Origin: a virus
IMG/VR virus record: IMGVR_UViG_3300009709_000022
Coordinates: 32,525 to 96,524 of that record
Strand: one strand, 5' to 3'
DNA length: 64,000 nucleotides
Within the stretch, counting starts at the first letter, position 1; each line of letters starts with the position of its first letter. This document shows, one piece after another, positions 29,749 to 39,561 of this stretch. The notes under the pieces are model-generated. The model was not told the DNA's origin, ran no database searches, and was given only the letters and a program-made list of their open reading frames with translations. The position numbers and the translations under genes were made by a program.

Positions 29749-29873
29749 TCTCCCAGTCGGTACAAAATTTGGTGGGAAGCCCTCAGATTGCTCTGCCGGA
29801 AAAGTCAGCGCTGGACACGCTTCAGGGCTACCACACACAAAAACTCTATCACGTCAATCATTTCGATTTGCAC

Positions 29874-29914
29874 ATTTCCACAGGAGTTGTCCTTTTTCCA
29901 CAGACAGTGGATAA
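29874..29914. promoter_or_regulatory. Cluster of three DnaA-box-like 9-mers
   Basis: ATTTCCACA 29874, TTTTCCACA 29894, reverse TTATCCACT 29906-29914 versus consensus TTWTNCACA. Confidence 0.5.
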
Positions 29915-29931
29915 CGTACTCTTCGACTCAT

Positions 29932-30278
29932 CGCAGACAAAGCGATTCTCGGCAGAGATGCTGGGCGCTAGGACAAGAAGTACATCCGCGGAATCACGCG
30001 GAGCACCTCCAAACACACAGCTCCAAACCGGAAAAGGGAGCGAGTGAGTCGTACGAGATAAAGGCGATCTGGACGTCTGCCAATGGCAGGAGTTCGCCTG
30101 AAGGCTGACATGGATAGGTGTGGGATACTTTGCCGGATAGCGTGACCCGTTCCAACCCTCGCCGCGTAAGCGGACGGGCCTATGACGGTAGACCGGCAGC
30201 ACCCTGGACGAAGCTGATGGAAGCGATCGACTGATGCATGCTTTCAACACTCGGAGGCCTGGACAAGGCCTCTCTGCG
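29932..30278 (+). ncRNA. Candidate ~350-nt structured non-coding RNA
   Basis: Closing helix CGCAGA/TCTGCG; several internal hairpins, two with GNRA loops (GAGA, GTAA); no credible ORF. Confidence 0.55.
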
Positions 30279-30312
30279 TCTGGTCGCTCTCTCCTTCTGC
30301 ATTAACGAATGC

Positions 30313-30350
30313 TTGCATGAAGCGCTTATCACCTGTAGATTTGCCTCATG
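30313..30350 (+). promoter_or_regulatory. Promoter at start of virion module, leaderless start
   Basis: TTGCAT-17-TAGATT-6nt-ATG(30348). Confidence 0.65.
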
Positions 30351-30977
30351 AATAGCGCTGCACTGGTCGCTCTCTCCCTCATCGCTGGCGTATTCCTGGT
30401 CATCCTGATAGCGGCCATGGCCTTGATCATCGTCTTGATGATTCGTCTTCAAAGGATGACAGAAAGATTCGCTCAAGTTGTTCAAAACACAGAACTTGAA
30501 CATGAGAAGCGATTGGATGCGTTCCTGGTTCAGTTTAATTCTTCGTGTGACGATTTTGCCGCCGAACAATATGCTTTCGACGAAGAACGTGGCAGGGTGA
30601 TCAGTGGTCTGCAGTCCAGCATGGCTCAATTCCGCAACGAGACAAGAGAGACATTGAAGAGCCATCGCGAGACAATGGACGATAAGCTCGCGGCACTGAA
30701 CGCTCCCGCTCTGCTTTCGGCATCGTCGCAGATTACTGCGGCAGCGAAACAACTTGCACAAACCGCCGCTGCGGTGCAGTCTTTGCTCCTCGTTCAAGAG
30801 GATCGGGATAACAGCGAATCCGGAATCCAGGACGAATCGTATGCCCCAGACCAAAGCTCTTACTACTCTCAAGGCGCCACCGCTTACTCGGATGACCGGG
30901 CGGAGCGAGAAGGTGATCAAGCCGAACAGGAAGGACCGGCTACGCAGCTACCTTCGGAGGAAAGGCTATTCGCTTGA
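30348..30977 (+). CDS. Membrane-anchored coiled-coil protein
   Basis: Long N-terminal hydrophobic helix followed by helical region and acidic tail. Confidence 0.7.
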   Translation: MNSAALVALSLIAGVFLVILIAAMALIIVLMIRLQRMTERFAQVVQNTELEHEKRLDAFLVQFNSSCDDFAAEQYAFDEERGRVISGLQSSMAQFRNETRETLKSHRETMDDKLAALNAPALLSASSQITAAAKQLAQTAAAVQSLLLVQEDRDNSESGIQDESYAPDQSSYYSQGATAYSDDRAEREGDQAEQEGPATQLPSEERLFA

Positions 30978-31527
30978 CGAGATAGCGACGCAGACCGGTG
31001 GGACCACGATTGAGGTTCAAGAGAGCTTTTTCCGGTTCGATGCGTACGCTTCAGCGGTTTCCACTGAAGAGGTGGACCTGGCAGTCAACGACATGCTCAT
31101 TGGTTCTGTCGGAGATGTCGGCAAGGCCTTGAAGGCCGCTCTCTCCGCAACGGTCAAGCACGCTGTCCCGAACGGGAGAAAGAAGAACGGCGAGACACGC
31201 TACAAGACCGTCACTCGACCAGACCATGAGACACGTCTTACGGCAATTTCACGTTTCGAAACCCTGACTGGAGCGTCTCGTCCAAAGGCTTCTGGTGTGG
31301 CTGTGAATGTGAACACGCAAGTCAACAACCCAACCAACCCTGGATATGTAATCCCGGGCGGGAGTTTTGAGCAACGTGTGCGCGCTCTCAAGGCGGCGCG
31401 TGGCGAAGAGGTTGAAGAGGGCGTGGTGGATGCGGAGGAGTTGGAAGCGCAAAGTGTCCAGGACGAATTACGCGACATCGGCATCGACCTTGACGAAGAG
31501 GATGATGACGGAGACGACGAAGAGTAG
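30841..31527 (+). CDS. Probable terminase small subunit
   Basis: HTH-like YLRRKGYSLDEIA, acidic tail, directly upstream of TerL; ATG 30841 after AGGA. Confidence 0.65.
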   Translation: MPQTKALTTLKAPPLTRMTGRSEKVIKPNRKDRLRSYLRRKGYSLDEIATQTGGTTIEVQESFFRFDAYASAVSTEEVDLAVNDMLIGSVGDVGKALKAALSATVKHAVPNGRKKNGETRYKTVTRPDHETRLTAISRFETLTGASRPKASGVAVNVNTQVNNPTNPGYVIPGGSFEQRVRALKAARGEEVEEGVVDAEELEAQSVQDELRDIGIDLDEEDDDGDDEE

Positions 31528-31530
31528 CCC

Positions 31531-33663
31531 ATGGCCGTAATTCGAAAACTTCGCGAACTGAACGACGTCATTGAACAATTGAACGTTCCGTTTCAGCGTG
31601 CAGGAAACGACACGCGCGAAGCCTTTGAACTGTTGACCACAGAAGAGATGAATTTTGTCTTGGCAGAGACAGACCGTTGCCTCGACCTGCGCTACTACCT
31701 GGAAAACTACCACTGTATCCGAGACGAAAACGGTAACTTTCGGACTCTATTTCCTTGGTGGGACCATCAGGAAATTGTGTACGAAGCGATGGTGGAAGAG
31801 TTCGAAGATAACGGCGAATGCCGAATGATCGTTCTCAAGCCGCGCCAGACGGGACTCACAACCTGGACGTCAGCCGCCATGTTCCACCGGACCATCTTCA
31901 ACCCTCACACATATACCATGCTGGTAGCGCAGGATCCAGAGCGTTCCGCAAACATGTTCAATATGTGCAAGAACGCCTATGACGCATTGCCATGGTGGCT
32001 GCGCCCCGAATCGCAGTACCAGACCAAAGGCGATGCGATCGTGTTCCAGCGTAAGGATGAAATGCAGCGCCTCGTTGACCCCGGCTTAGGATCAACCATT
32101 CAGTGCTCGCACGCTCAGAAGAGTTCTGGTGTCGCCATCGGTCGAACAATTAAGAACGCCCACTTTTCGGAAGTCTCGCGCTGGCCAAGTGCGGATGTGT
32201 TTCACGCCGACATTAATCCATCGATGAACGCGAGAGATACATTCGCCATCATGGAGTCTACAGGATACGGCCGCAATGGCCTGATGTACGAATGGTGGCA
32301 GGGATCAGTGGAAGGTGATACTGGTTGGCGCGCGCTCTTCATTCCTGTGTACAAGGTCAAGAAATACTATCTGCCGTTGAAGGGCAAGCTCACGCTTACG
32401 GATGAGGAAGAGAAGTTTACGGCGCGCGTCAGGAAAGAAGAGAAATTTGAAATTCCGGATGGTTTCTGGGCTTTCCGCCGGCGCGGTGTCAAGCAGGCCC
32501 GCCGCGGCAACGGTAAGGCTGGATACCTGGAGTCCTACCCTATCACCGCTATGGAGGCCTTCCAGTCATCTGGTCTGTGCGCGTTTGACCGTGACCGCCT
32601 CGAGCATCAGTCCATCGCAAACGTGTGCAAGCCGCTGTGGGCGGGAGATATTACTCTTGCTTCTGATAACGTCACGCCGCAGCCAAACCTGCACGAAGTG
32701 GCGGACGACGAGGTATTGCCGAAGCGTAAAGGGGCCACCCCGGGAGACCGGCTGCATGTGTGGAAAATGCCAGAGCCTGGCCAAATCTACTACGTTGCTG
32801 TCGACTCTGCGCTTGGTGTTCCAGATGGTGATTACAGCGTGTGCCAAGTACTTCGTGTTGGCATGGCAAACGAACCCGACGAGCAGGTGGCGGAATGGTG
32901 GGGGCATCGTGCTCCCGGCCAGTACGCGCGCGTCTGTGCAGCTCTCGGGTTTTGGTACAACGGTGCGGAAATTTCTGTGGAATATCAGCAGCAGGGAATC
33001 ACTGTTGGCGACAAGCTGAAGGACGACATCGACTATCCAGCCCTATATCGTCCACAGCACAAAGACCGCATCGGTAGCACCATGGGTGTCCATCTTCACT
33101 GGTTGACTACGGTTAAAACCCGTGACGGAATTATTGGCACACTTAACGAAGGACTGATCGAAGACAGCATCATTATTCGCAGCCAAGACCTGATTGATGA
33201 ATGTATCGACTTTGCTTCGATGAATGGTGGCGGGCGATTCGAAGGCCAGGACAATCATGACGACGGCGTCATGGCATTCATGATCGCGCTCTACTGCGCA
33301 CGCGAGACGCAGCAGTTTCTCAAGGCGTCACCAGCAACGACGCAGGTGCGCGCCAAGGGTGACATAAACCACTACGGCGTATTCGATGAGTACGGGCGCC
33401 AGCGAGGCATGTACGACACAAAGGCCCAAGCCGAAAAGGTCGCAGCCCCGTTTAAAGGATGGCGAGTGGAGCCAATTCTTGTATGCAAAGCAAACACTCT
33501 GTACAGCCCGATTTTCGATGGCAACGGTGCAGAGAGTGAGCTACGATTCAAACACAGCATGCCATCTACTGCGATCGTCCCTGATGTGGTCATGCCTTAC
33601 CGAAATTCAATTCAAGCCGCGCAACAGGGGCTCTCTGTTGGTGGCGACCCCGACTGGGGATAA
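31531..33663 (+). CDS. terL: Terminase large subunit
   Basis: Walker A LKPRQTGLTT, Walker B variant HFSEV, MESTG coupling motif, nuclease VAVDSALG..GDYS and HDDGVMA. Confidence 0.93.
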   Translation: MAVIRKLRELNDVIEQLNVPFQRAGNDTREAFELLTTEEMNFVLAETDRCLDLRYYLENYHCIRDENGNFRTLFPWWDHQEIVYEAMVEEFEDNGECRMIVLKPRQTGLTTWTSAAMFHRTIFNPHTYTMLVAQDPERSANMFNMCKNAYDALPWWLRPESQYQTKGDAIVFQRKDEMQRLVDPGLGSTIQCSHAQKSSGVAIGRTIKNAHFSEVSRWPSADVFHADINPSMNARDTFAIMESTGYGRNGLMYEWWQGSVEGDTGWRALFIPVYKVKKYYLPLKGKLTLTDEEEKFTARVRKEEKFEIPDGFWAFRRRGVKQARRGNGKAGYLESYPITAMEAFQSSGLCAFDRDRLEHQSIANVCKPLWAGDITLASDNVTPQPNLHEVADDEVLPKRKGATPGDRLHVWKMPEPGQIYYVAVDSALGVPDGDYSVCQVLRVGMANEPDEQVAEWWGHRAPGQYARVCAALGFWYNGAEISVEYQQQGITVGDKLKDDIDYPALYRPQHKDRIGSTMGVHLHWLTTVKTRDGIIGTLNEGLIEDSIIIRSQDLIDECIDFASMNGGGRFEGQDNHDDGVMAFMIALYCARETQQFLKASPATTQVRAKGDINHYGVFDEYGRQRGMYDTKAQAEKVAAPFKGWRVEPILVCKANTLYSPIFDGNGAESELRFKHSMPSTAIVPDVVMPYRNSIQAAQQGLSVGGDPDWG

Positions 33664-33675
33664 AGCGAGGACTCT

Positions 33676-34164
33676 ATGGCCGAACGCGCCTTTATGTACT
33701 GCCCTACCTGCCGCATGAGCGGAGTTCCTCACAACGAGGTGTTTCGCATCGACAACACCAAATTGCAATGCACCATCGGGCATGTATTTTCTTACGACAC
33801 GCTTATGGCTGCCAAGCCGGAGATGATTCGTAAGGAAGTTTTGGAACAAGCTGGTCCCGGAGATGTCACGCAGAAGGTGTTCATCAACGGGGAAGTTCTC
33901 CGCCAGTTTAATGAAAAATACCCTGGACGGCTGAGTGCGACCGTGACGCAGATTCTTCGCAATCACCTGGACGATGACATGGTGATCGTCGATGGCATGC
34001 AGGCACGCGAACTGCACAGCCTGAAGGTAAAAACGGGCGCAGAAATCGTGGCTGCAGTGAAGCAGAACATGACGCTGGTAGATGAAAACGAAGACCTCCG
34101 GAAGAAACTCTCTTTTATCGAAGGCATGTTCACCCGCAACGGCGTCGCGATGCCGGAATTCTAG
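33676..34164 (+). CDS. Hypothetical zinc-binding protein
   Basis: YCPTC...CTIGH; GAGGAC RBS. Confidence 0.7.
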   Translation: MAERAFMYCPTCRMSGVPHNEVFRIDNTKLQCTIGHVFSYDTLMAAKPEMIRKEVLEQAGPGDVTQKVFINGEVLRQFNEKYPGRLSATVTQILRNHLDDDMVIVDGMQARELHSLKVKTGAEIVAAVKQNMTLVDENEDLRKKLSFIEGMFTRNGVAMPEF

Positions 34165-34203
34165 TCGTGGATAATCTGGTGCTTGCATGGTAGGTTCAAA
34201 CGC

Positions 34204-35991
34204 ATGAGCGCGGTCGCCGAAGAACGTCCCGAGATTCGTCTCGAACATGAAGTGGTCGAATGGTGCGACGCAGTGTATGCCGAGGCTGAGGATGAGCTAT
34301 CATCCACCCCCGAGTACAAGCTGACGTCCAAGCTGATCGACTATATCCACGGGAAGCAGTGGTCGGCGGCATCCCGCTTTGGCCGCTCTCGCCCGGTAAA
34401 GAACCGCGTTTTCCGGCAGTTCATTGAGACGGTTGGCCTGCTTACGGACATCCAGCCAGAATTCCAGGTCGACATCCACGAAAAAGTGAATGGCTACTCT
34501 GAGTTGCAAGAGTTGCTCAACAAGATGATTACTTCGTGGTCGATCATGAACGACTTCGAAGGTGAGTTGAGCCAGGTCGTAGCGTATGGATTGCTTCACA
34601 CCGGGTACGCAAAATTGCAGTGGAATTCAGACTTATTGGGCGGCATCGGCGACAACGAGTTTCAGGCTTGGTCCCCGCTAAACGTCATGCGTGTGGGGAG
34701 CCAGCGAGGCATTCAGGATGCGGAAGTGGTGATCGGTCGCAAACCGGTAACGATCGCATGGTTGAAGCGGAAGTATGGCGACGTAGCGGCGAATATCCGG
34801 CCCGACCTGAGCATGTTCGAATCCCCCGGTGCAGCAATGCGGCCGGCATCAGTGTCTGCAGCATCGTGGTCTCGCCTAAGTCCTGCCATGCGTCGGCTGC
34901 TTGGTGAAAAGCAAAAGGGTGTAGTTTCCAAGTATCCGCAGGTCATGCTGAAGGAGTTTTGGTTTAAGGACGACTCGGTTTGGCGAGGTAGCAAAAGCAT
35001 CACGGTAGGACGTAAGGGAACGAATTGGTGCTATGTCGTTGAGCCGGGTGAGAAGCTATTTCCGCGCGGGCGACTTATAGTGATGGCTGGCGGACGCATC
35101 ATGGAAGACCAGTGCAACCCATACTGGCATAGCAAAATCCCGTACGGGATTTACCGTCCGTTTCGTGTTCCGTGGCAGTTCGAAGGCTTGTCCATGATGG
35201 AGCCCATCGCCGCGATGCAGAACGTGCTTAACCGCATCTATGGCGGCGTGATGGACACGATCCAGCAGGCTATTGAACCCGCTCTGATTGGTCCCAAAGG
35301 CGCATTGAGTCAGTCGGGATGGGACAACCTTGACCCTGGGGCTCCAGGAGCAAAGATCGCGTACAACAACAACGCGCCGCGCCCTCCGGAATGGCGCAAG
35401 CCTCCAGAACTGGCGAGCTATGTTTTGCCTGTGGCGCAGAGTTTTGAGCAGGAGCAAGATCTCACATCCGGCGCTGCGGTCATGAACCAGCTCGCGCAGA
35501 AGAAGCAGGTTCCTGGCGGCGACTCTCTCGATCAGATCATGAACAGCCGATCCACCAACATTCGCCTTGCTGGTCGTGGTTTGCAGGCCTTCCTCACGGA
35601 GATGGGCCAGATGGCTGTATCGAACTACCTTCAGTTCGCCGACTCTCGCCATCGCATCGCACGCTTCGGATCCGCGGGCATTACCACGAACGATTTCGAG
35701 CCACTTTACGGTAACGCCATACCCGGTGGCATAAAGGGCGAATCGTTCGTAAACAAGGTGCAATTCAGCATTCAAAAGGGAAGCCTTCTTGCAATTGAGC
35801 AGCAGGACAAGTTGCCGATTGCATTCAATCTTCGCAAGATGGGTGACCTGTCACGCCGTGGTCTGTACCGCTTCCTGAAACAGAACCTGGACGTCGGACA
35901 GATCGAAGACGAGTTGAAGGAAGAGATGGCGCAGAAGGCTGCTATTGCTGCGGCTGCAGGTGCATTGAATCCAAAAGGTGGGCACCACTAG
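34204..35991 (+). CDS. Portal protein
   Basis: ~595 aa after TerL; NRVFRQFIET, HTGYAKLQW, PY..Y.P...F.GLS..EPI...Q..LN pattern of P22-like portals. Confidence 0.85.
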   Translation: MSAVAEERPEIRLEHEVVEWCDAVYAEAEDELSSTPEYKLTSKLIDYIHGKQWSAASRFGRSRPVKNRVFRQFIETVGLLTDIQPEFQVDIHEKVNGYSELQELLNKMITSWSIMNDFEGELSQVVAYGLLHTGYAKLQWNSDLLGGIGDNEFQAWSPLNVMRVGSQRGIQDAEVVIGRKPVTIAWLKRKYGDVAANIRPDLSMFESPGAAMRPASVSAASWSRLSPAMRRLLGEKQKGVVSKYPQVMLKEFWFKDDSVWRGSKSITVGRKGTNWCYVVEPGEKLFPRGRLIVMAGGRIMEDQCNPYWHSKIPYGIYRPFRVPWQFEGLSMMEPIAAMQNVLNRIYGGVMDTIQQAIEPALIGPKGALSQSGWDNLDPGAPGAKIAYNNNAPRPPEWRKPPELASYVLPVAQSFEQEQDLTSGAAVMNQLAQKKQVPGGDSLDQIMNSRSTNIRLAGRGLQAFLTEMGQMAVSNYLQFADSRHRIARFGSAGITTNDFEPLYGNAIPGGIKGESFVNKVQFSIQKGSLLAIEQQDKLPIAFNLRKMGDLSRRGLYRFLKQNLDVGQIEDELKEEMAQKAAIAAAAGALNPKGGHH

Positions 35992-36125
35992 ACCTATGTA
36001 AAAAAAATATGTGCGAAGGTGTTGATTTCATTTCGCTCATGCTAGACAGTCATCTTCAAGGCCGAGGTAACTCGTCTGACCCCGGTGAAGGCCGGGTCAC
36101 CAAACCGATCCGAAAGGAGTACACC

Positions 36126-36191
36126 ATGCGCCATAAAGGACGTGGTAAGGGCAAGCGCGGTCACAAGCGCGGCTCCAAGCGCAGCAAGTAA
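36126..36191 (+). CDS. 21-aa highly basic peptide
   Basis: MRHKGRGKGKRGHKRGSKRSK; AAAGGAG RBS. Confidence 0.65.
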   Translation: MRHKGRGKGKRGHKRGSKRSK

Positions 36192-36279
36192 TTGCTGCTA
36201 GTCAGGCGGGGTAAAAGCCGCTAGTTTTCAACCCATTCAGGGGGCCGGCGAAAGTCGGCTCCCTAAGTGAAAGGTAATC

Positions 36280-36441
36280 ATGGCAGACGTGAAAGAGCAG
36301 AGCTTCGGACGAGTGCAGTCCAACCCCCGTCTCAGCAAGGGAACCATTGAAGTGATGGGAAACCTGGCCAACGACGCTGTTATTCCGGACCGCGGCACGA
36401 GCGTGAACGTCAAGACCGGCTACCCGGTAAAGAAGTCCTAA
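36280..36441 (+). CDS. Small hypothetical protein (53 aa)
   Basis: Manually translated MADVKEQSFGRVQSNPRLSKG...; AAAGG RBS. Confidence 0.65.
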   Translation: MADVKEQSFGRVQSNPRLSKGTIEVMGNLANDAVIPDRGTSVNVKTGYPVKKS

Positions 36442-36444
36442 CCC

Positions 36445-36813
36445 ATGGCCGGCACACCTCCAAGCATTTACGAGAACATGGCCGCGATGGGCGGCGGTAA
36501 TCCTACCGCTTCCGCTGGCGGCGGTCAGCAGCCCGGTGCCCCTGGTGCTGCCGGTGCCGATGGTGAGATCGTCACCGCCGTCGCGAAGATTTTCTCCGTC
36601 ATGAACAAGATGGCGAAAATGAAGCCAGACGCTGCGCCATACATTCAGCGCGCGATGGACCCCCTCAAGGAAATGGTCGTTGATGTCTTGAAGAAAGACC
36701 CCAAGGATCTGGACAGCGCCGCAAGCGGAGATTCTCCTGCACCGGCCGCTGGCGAACCCACCACCCCACCCGCTGCTTCGGCACCTGCCGCTGGTGCAGC
36801 CGTACCTGCGTAA
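36445..36813 (+). CDS. Head-module hypothetical protein (Ala/Pro/Gly-rich)
   Basis: ORF track; position. Confidence 0.7.
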   Translation: MAGTPPSIYENMAAMGGGNPTASAGGGQQPGAPGAAGADGEIVTAVAKIFSVMNKMAKMKPDAAPYIQRAMDPLKEMVVDVLKKDPKDLDSAASGDSPAPAAGEPTTPPAASAPAAGAAVPA

Positions 36814-36828
36814 CGGAAGAGGACGAAC

Positions 36829-37548
36829 ATGGCATTGGTTGACGATCTTGAAGGAATTCTCGGAGCAGAAGCAATCGCGAAGCTGCCTGCCGATGTGCGG
36901 TCACGTATCCAGTTTGGCGACGAACTCACGGATTACTACAACGGCGCTGTCTCCGAGGAGCCGAAGCCTCCGGTGGTGCAACAACATCCGCGTGCGGCAG
37001 TGGCTCCGCCAGCACAGCAGTCAAACAATCTCGGTGCGGGACTCGATGACATCGGCAAGTTGCTTGATTCGCGTATCAGTGGGCTGAAAGATGAAATCGC
37101 CAAGACGGTCAACGAGACCATCGAGAAGCGCGGCGGCGAGCTGACAGGCACGGCGATTGCGGTTTCACTTCGCAATACACGCGACCTGCTTCGCATCGAA
37201 AACCGCTACGAAAAAGACTTCGGCGAGACGTTTGATGACAACAAACTCAATGAGTTTGTGAATCAGCAGGCTGAGAAGGGCGTGAAGTACGCGAGCATTA
37301 CGGATGCGTATGAGGCCTGGACAGCACCGCGGTACACGGAAAAGAAGATCGAGGAAGGCGTCCGCGAAGGCTTGAAGCAGCAGCAGTCCGGACAGCATTT
37401 GCCGGGAGTTTCGCCGCAAGCGAGCCGTGGCCCCGTAGCAATTCTGCAGTCACGTCGCGCAAATGATGGCGGCGGTGGCGGCGAAACAGCAGTATCTCGC
37501 GCCGGGCGCGCTCTTCAAGAGCGTCTGAACGCGACGCAAAACGCATAG
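36829..37548 (+). CDS. Probable capsid scaffolding protein
   Basis: Helical charged protein immediately before MCP. Confidence 0.65.
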   Translation: MALVDDLEGILGAEAIAKLPADVRSRIQFGDELTDYYNGAVSEEPKPPVVQQHPRAAVAPPAQQSNNLGAGLDDIGKLLDSRISGLKDEIAKTVNETIEKRGGELTGTAIAVSLRNTRDLLRIENRYEKDFGETFDDNKLNEFVNQQAEKGVKYASITDAYEAWTAPRYTEKKIEEGVREGLKQQQSGQHLPGVSPQASRGPVAILQSRRANDGGGGGETAVSRAGRALQERLNATQNA

Positions 37549-37575
37549 AAGTAATTTTCAGGGAGGCAACACATC

Positions 37576-38544
37576 ATGCCATTGCCGTACAACGACATCA
37601 GCGCGGTGACACACGCTTACATCGTGGATGACATCGTCGACCAGTATTACAAGGTGTCCCCGGTCTTCGCGCTGGCGTTCAAGGGCGAGACGACGCGGAC
37701 CTTCCCCGGCGGCACGCAGATCCAGCAGCCGATTCAGTACGCTCCGTTGAAGGCTGGTCCATTCGCAGCCGGCGGTACGTTCGACATCAGCTACGTCCAG
37801 ACGGACACGGCCATGGTGTTCAACCCGAAGTTCTACTATGCCAACGTGACTCTGCAGGGTACGCAGATGGTCTACAACCGCGGCATGGAAGCAGTCATGT
37901 CCTTCGTCGAAGAGAAGATGGTGAACGGTTCGCAGGCTCTGGCCGCGTCCCTAGCCACCGAAATCTATGGCGACGGTCAGGGTTCGGTGACGTCGCAGAT
38001 TTCACTGGACGGACTCCTGGCCGGCTACGATGACGGCACGAACTACCCGACCTATGGTGGCATCCAGCGTTCGGCAATCGGCTCTGGAGCCAACACCGGC
38101 ATCAACGGCTACTACCAGAACATCGGTGGCCCGCTGTCGATCACGGCTCTCCAGAAGGCTCAGGGGCAGGCAACGTTCGGCAACCGCAACCCGAACCTGC
38201 TTGCCACAACGCAGGCCATCTACAACTCGATCTACAACAAGCTCGTCCCTGCGCAGCGCGTAACGGACACCACGAGCGACCTGTACTCGATTGGCTTCCG
38301 CGCCATTCGCTTCAACAACGAGCGTCTGGTGGTCGACCAGTACGTTCCTGCCGGATACATTTTCGGCATGAACACCGACTTCCTCCAGATTTACATTTCC
38401 GACCAGGAACTGTTTGGCTTCGGATTCACCGGATTTAAGGAGCTGCCGAACTCGGTTGACGCTGCCGGTCAGCTTTGCTTCGGCGGCAACATGGTGGTTT
38501 CGGCTCCACGCCTCGGATTCATCCTGGCAGGTATCACCGCTTAA
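37576..38544 (+). CDS. Major capsid protein
   Basis: 322 aa; GG.QIQQPIQY, EIYGDG, LDGL, YGGI.R motifs; strong codon bias; GGAGG RBS. Confidence 0.88.
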   Translation: MPLPYNDISAVTHAYIVDDIVDQYYKVSPVFALAFKGETTRTFPGGTQIQQPIQYAPLKAGPFAAGGTFDISYVQTDTAMVFNPKFYYANVTLQGTQMVYNRGMEAVMSFVEEKMVNGSQALAASLATEIYGDGQGSVTSQISLDGLLAGYDDGTNYPTYGGIQRSAIGSGANTGINGYYQNIGGPLSITALQKAQGQATFGNRNPNLLATTQAIYNSIYNKLVPAQRVTDTTSDLYSIGFRAIRFNNERLVVDQYVPAGYIFGMNTDFLQIYISDQELFGFGFTGFKELPNSVDAAGQLCFGGNMVVSAPRLGFILAGITA

Positions 38545-38572
38545 TCGCGGACTTCTCAGAGGGAGAAAGACC

Positions 38573-39181
38573 ATGAGCTTTGGTATCGACTATCCGGTAC
38601 TTACGACTGGGAGTGCGTACACGTCTATCGATCTGTACGGATCCAGCCTCAACGCGCAGAACGTCGGAGCAAATCCGGCGAACGGTGCCTACAACACGCC
38701 CGGTGCGATTTATTCCGTGCAGCCATCCGTTGGGTCTCTATCGACGAATGGCATCGGTTCGCAGCGCTTTGTTAAGTATGTGCGCTACAACCCCACCGCA
38801 AGCGTAGCTATGGTGGCTGGGCCCGCACCGGTGTATTGGAAGGACTCCACCTACACCGTGGTTACGCCGACACTGTCCGAGGCCCTTGGGGCCAACGCGA
38901 ACTCTTTCGCCGGATGGCTTCTGCCAAATACCACTTCATTTGCCGGGCTCACAGCCGCGCAATTGAACGGAAACTTCTGCTTCATTCATGTCGGTGGGTT
39001 CTTGCCGGCGTGCATTGCTCCAGCGGGCACCGCCATTGGTGATGCCATCATTGGAGCGGCAGGATCGTTTACCGGTGCGCGCGTTGCGGCTGGTACAGCG
39101 CCAACAAACCTCGTGGCTGGCTGGGCTCGCAGCGCGATTGCAGGCGGCTTGGCGGACATTTACACTCCGCTGTTGACGTAA
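38573..39181 (+). CDS. Probable capsid decoration / minor head protein
   Basis: Follows MCP; small-residue rich; KYVRY, NFCFIHVGG. Confidence 0.6.
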   Translation: MSFGIDYPVLTTGSAYTSIDLYGSSLNAQNVGANPANGAYNTPGAIYSVQPSVGSLSTNGIGSQRFVKYVRYNPTASVAMVAGPAPVYWKDSTYTVVTPTLSEALGANANSFAGWLLPNTTSFAGLTAAQLNGNFCFIHVGGFLPACIAPAGTAIGDAIIGAAGSFTGARVAAGTAPTNLVAGWARSAIAGGLADIYTPLLT

Positions 39182-39192
39182 GGAGATCCGCG

Positions 39193-39534
39193 ATGGCGCT
39201 TACCACGACACGCACAGATGACAAGTTCAACCTGTTTGGCACGGTTCCGGTCGTGCTCGATACGTTGCAGTTCGACAACAACTACCCGGCTGGTGGCTAT
39301 TCGGTCACCGGCCAGCTATTCGGCCTCGCATCCAGTGGTTCTGGTCCCACGAACAACGGTATCCGTGCCATGAGCTTCGTTGGAACCAATACCGCTGCAG
39401 TCCTGTTTGCGCCGAAGTACAACTCGCAGACAGGCAAGGTCCAACTCATCACGGCTGCTGGCGCGGAAGTGGCTGGCGGTACTGACGTGAGTGCATTGGC
39501 TGTGGATGTGATCGTTTACGCCGCAGGCGAATAA
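39193..39534 (+). CDS. Virion structural protein
   Basis: YPAGGY...EVAGGTDVS pattern; position. Confidence 0.6.
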   Translation: MALTTTRTDDKFNLFGTVPVVLDTLQFDNNYPAGGYSVTGQLFGLASSGSGPTNNGIRAMSFVGTNTAAVLFAPKYNSQTGKVQLITAAGAEVAGGTDVSALAVDVIVYAAGE

Positions 39535-39561
39535 CCCCGAGCGGGGGTCTGGAGGAACGTT

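Noticed and set aside
30348-30977. Spanin (Rz/Rz1) call for the TM coiled-coil gene with overlapping ORF
   Set aside because: The overlapping ORF has no lipobox and looks like TerS; no adjacent endolysin.
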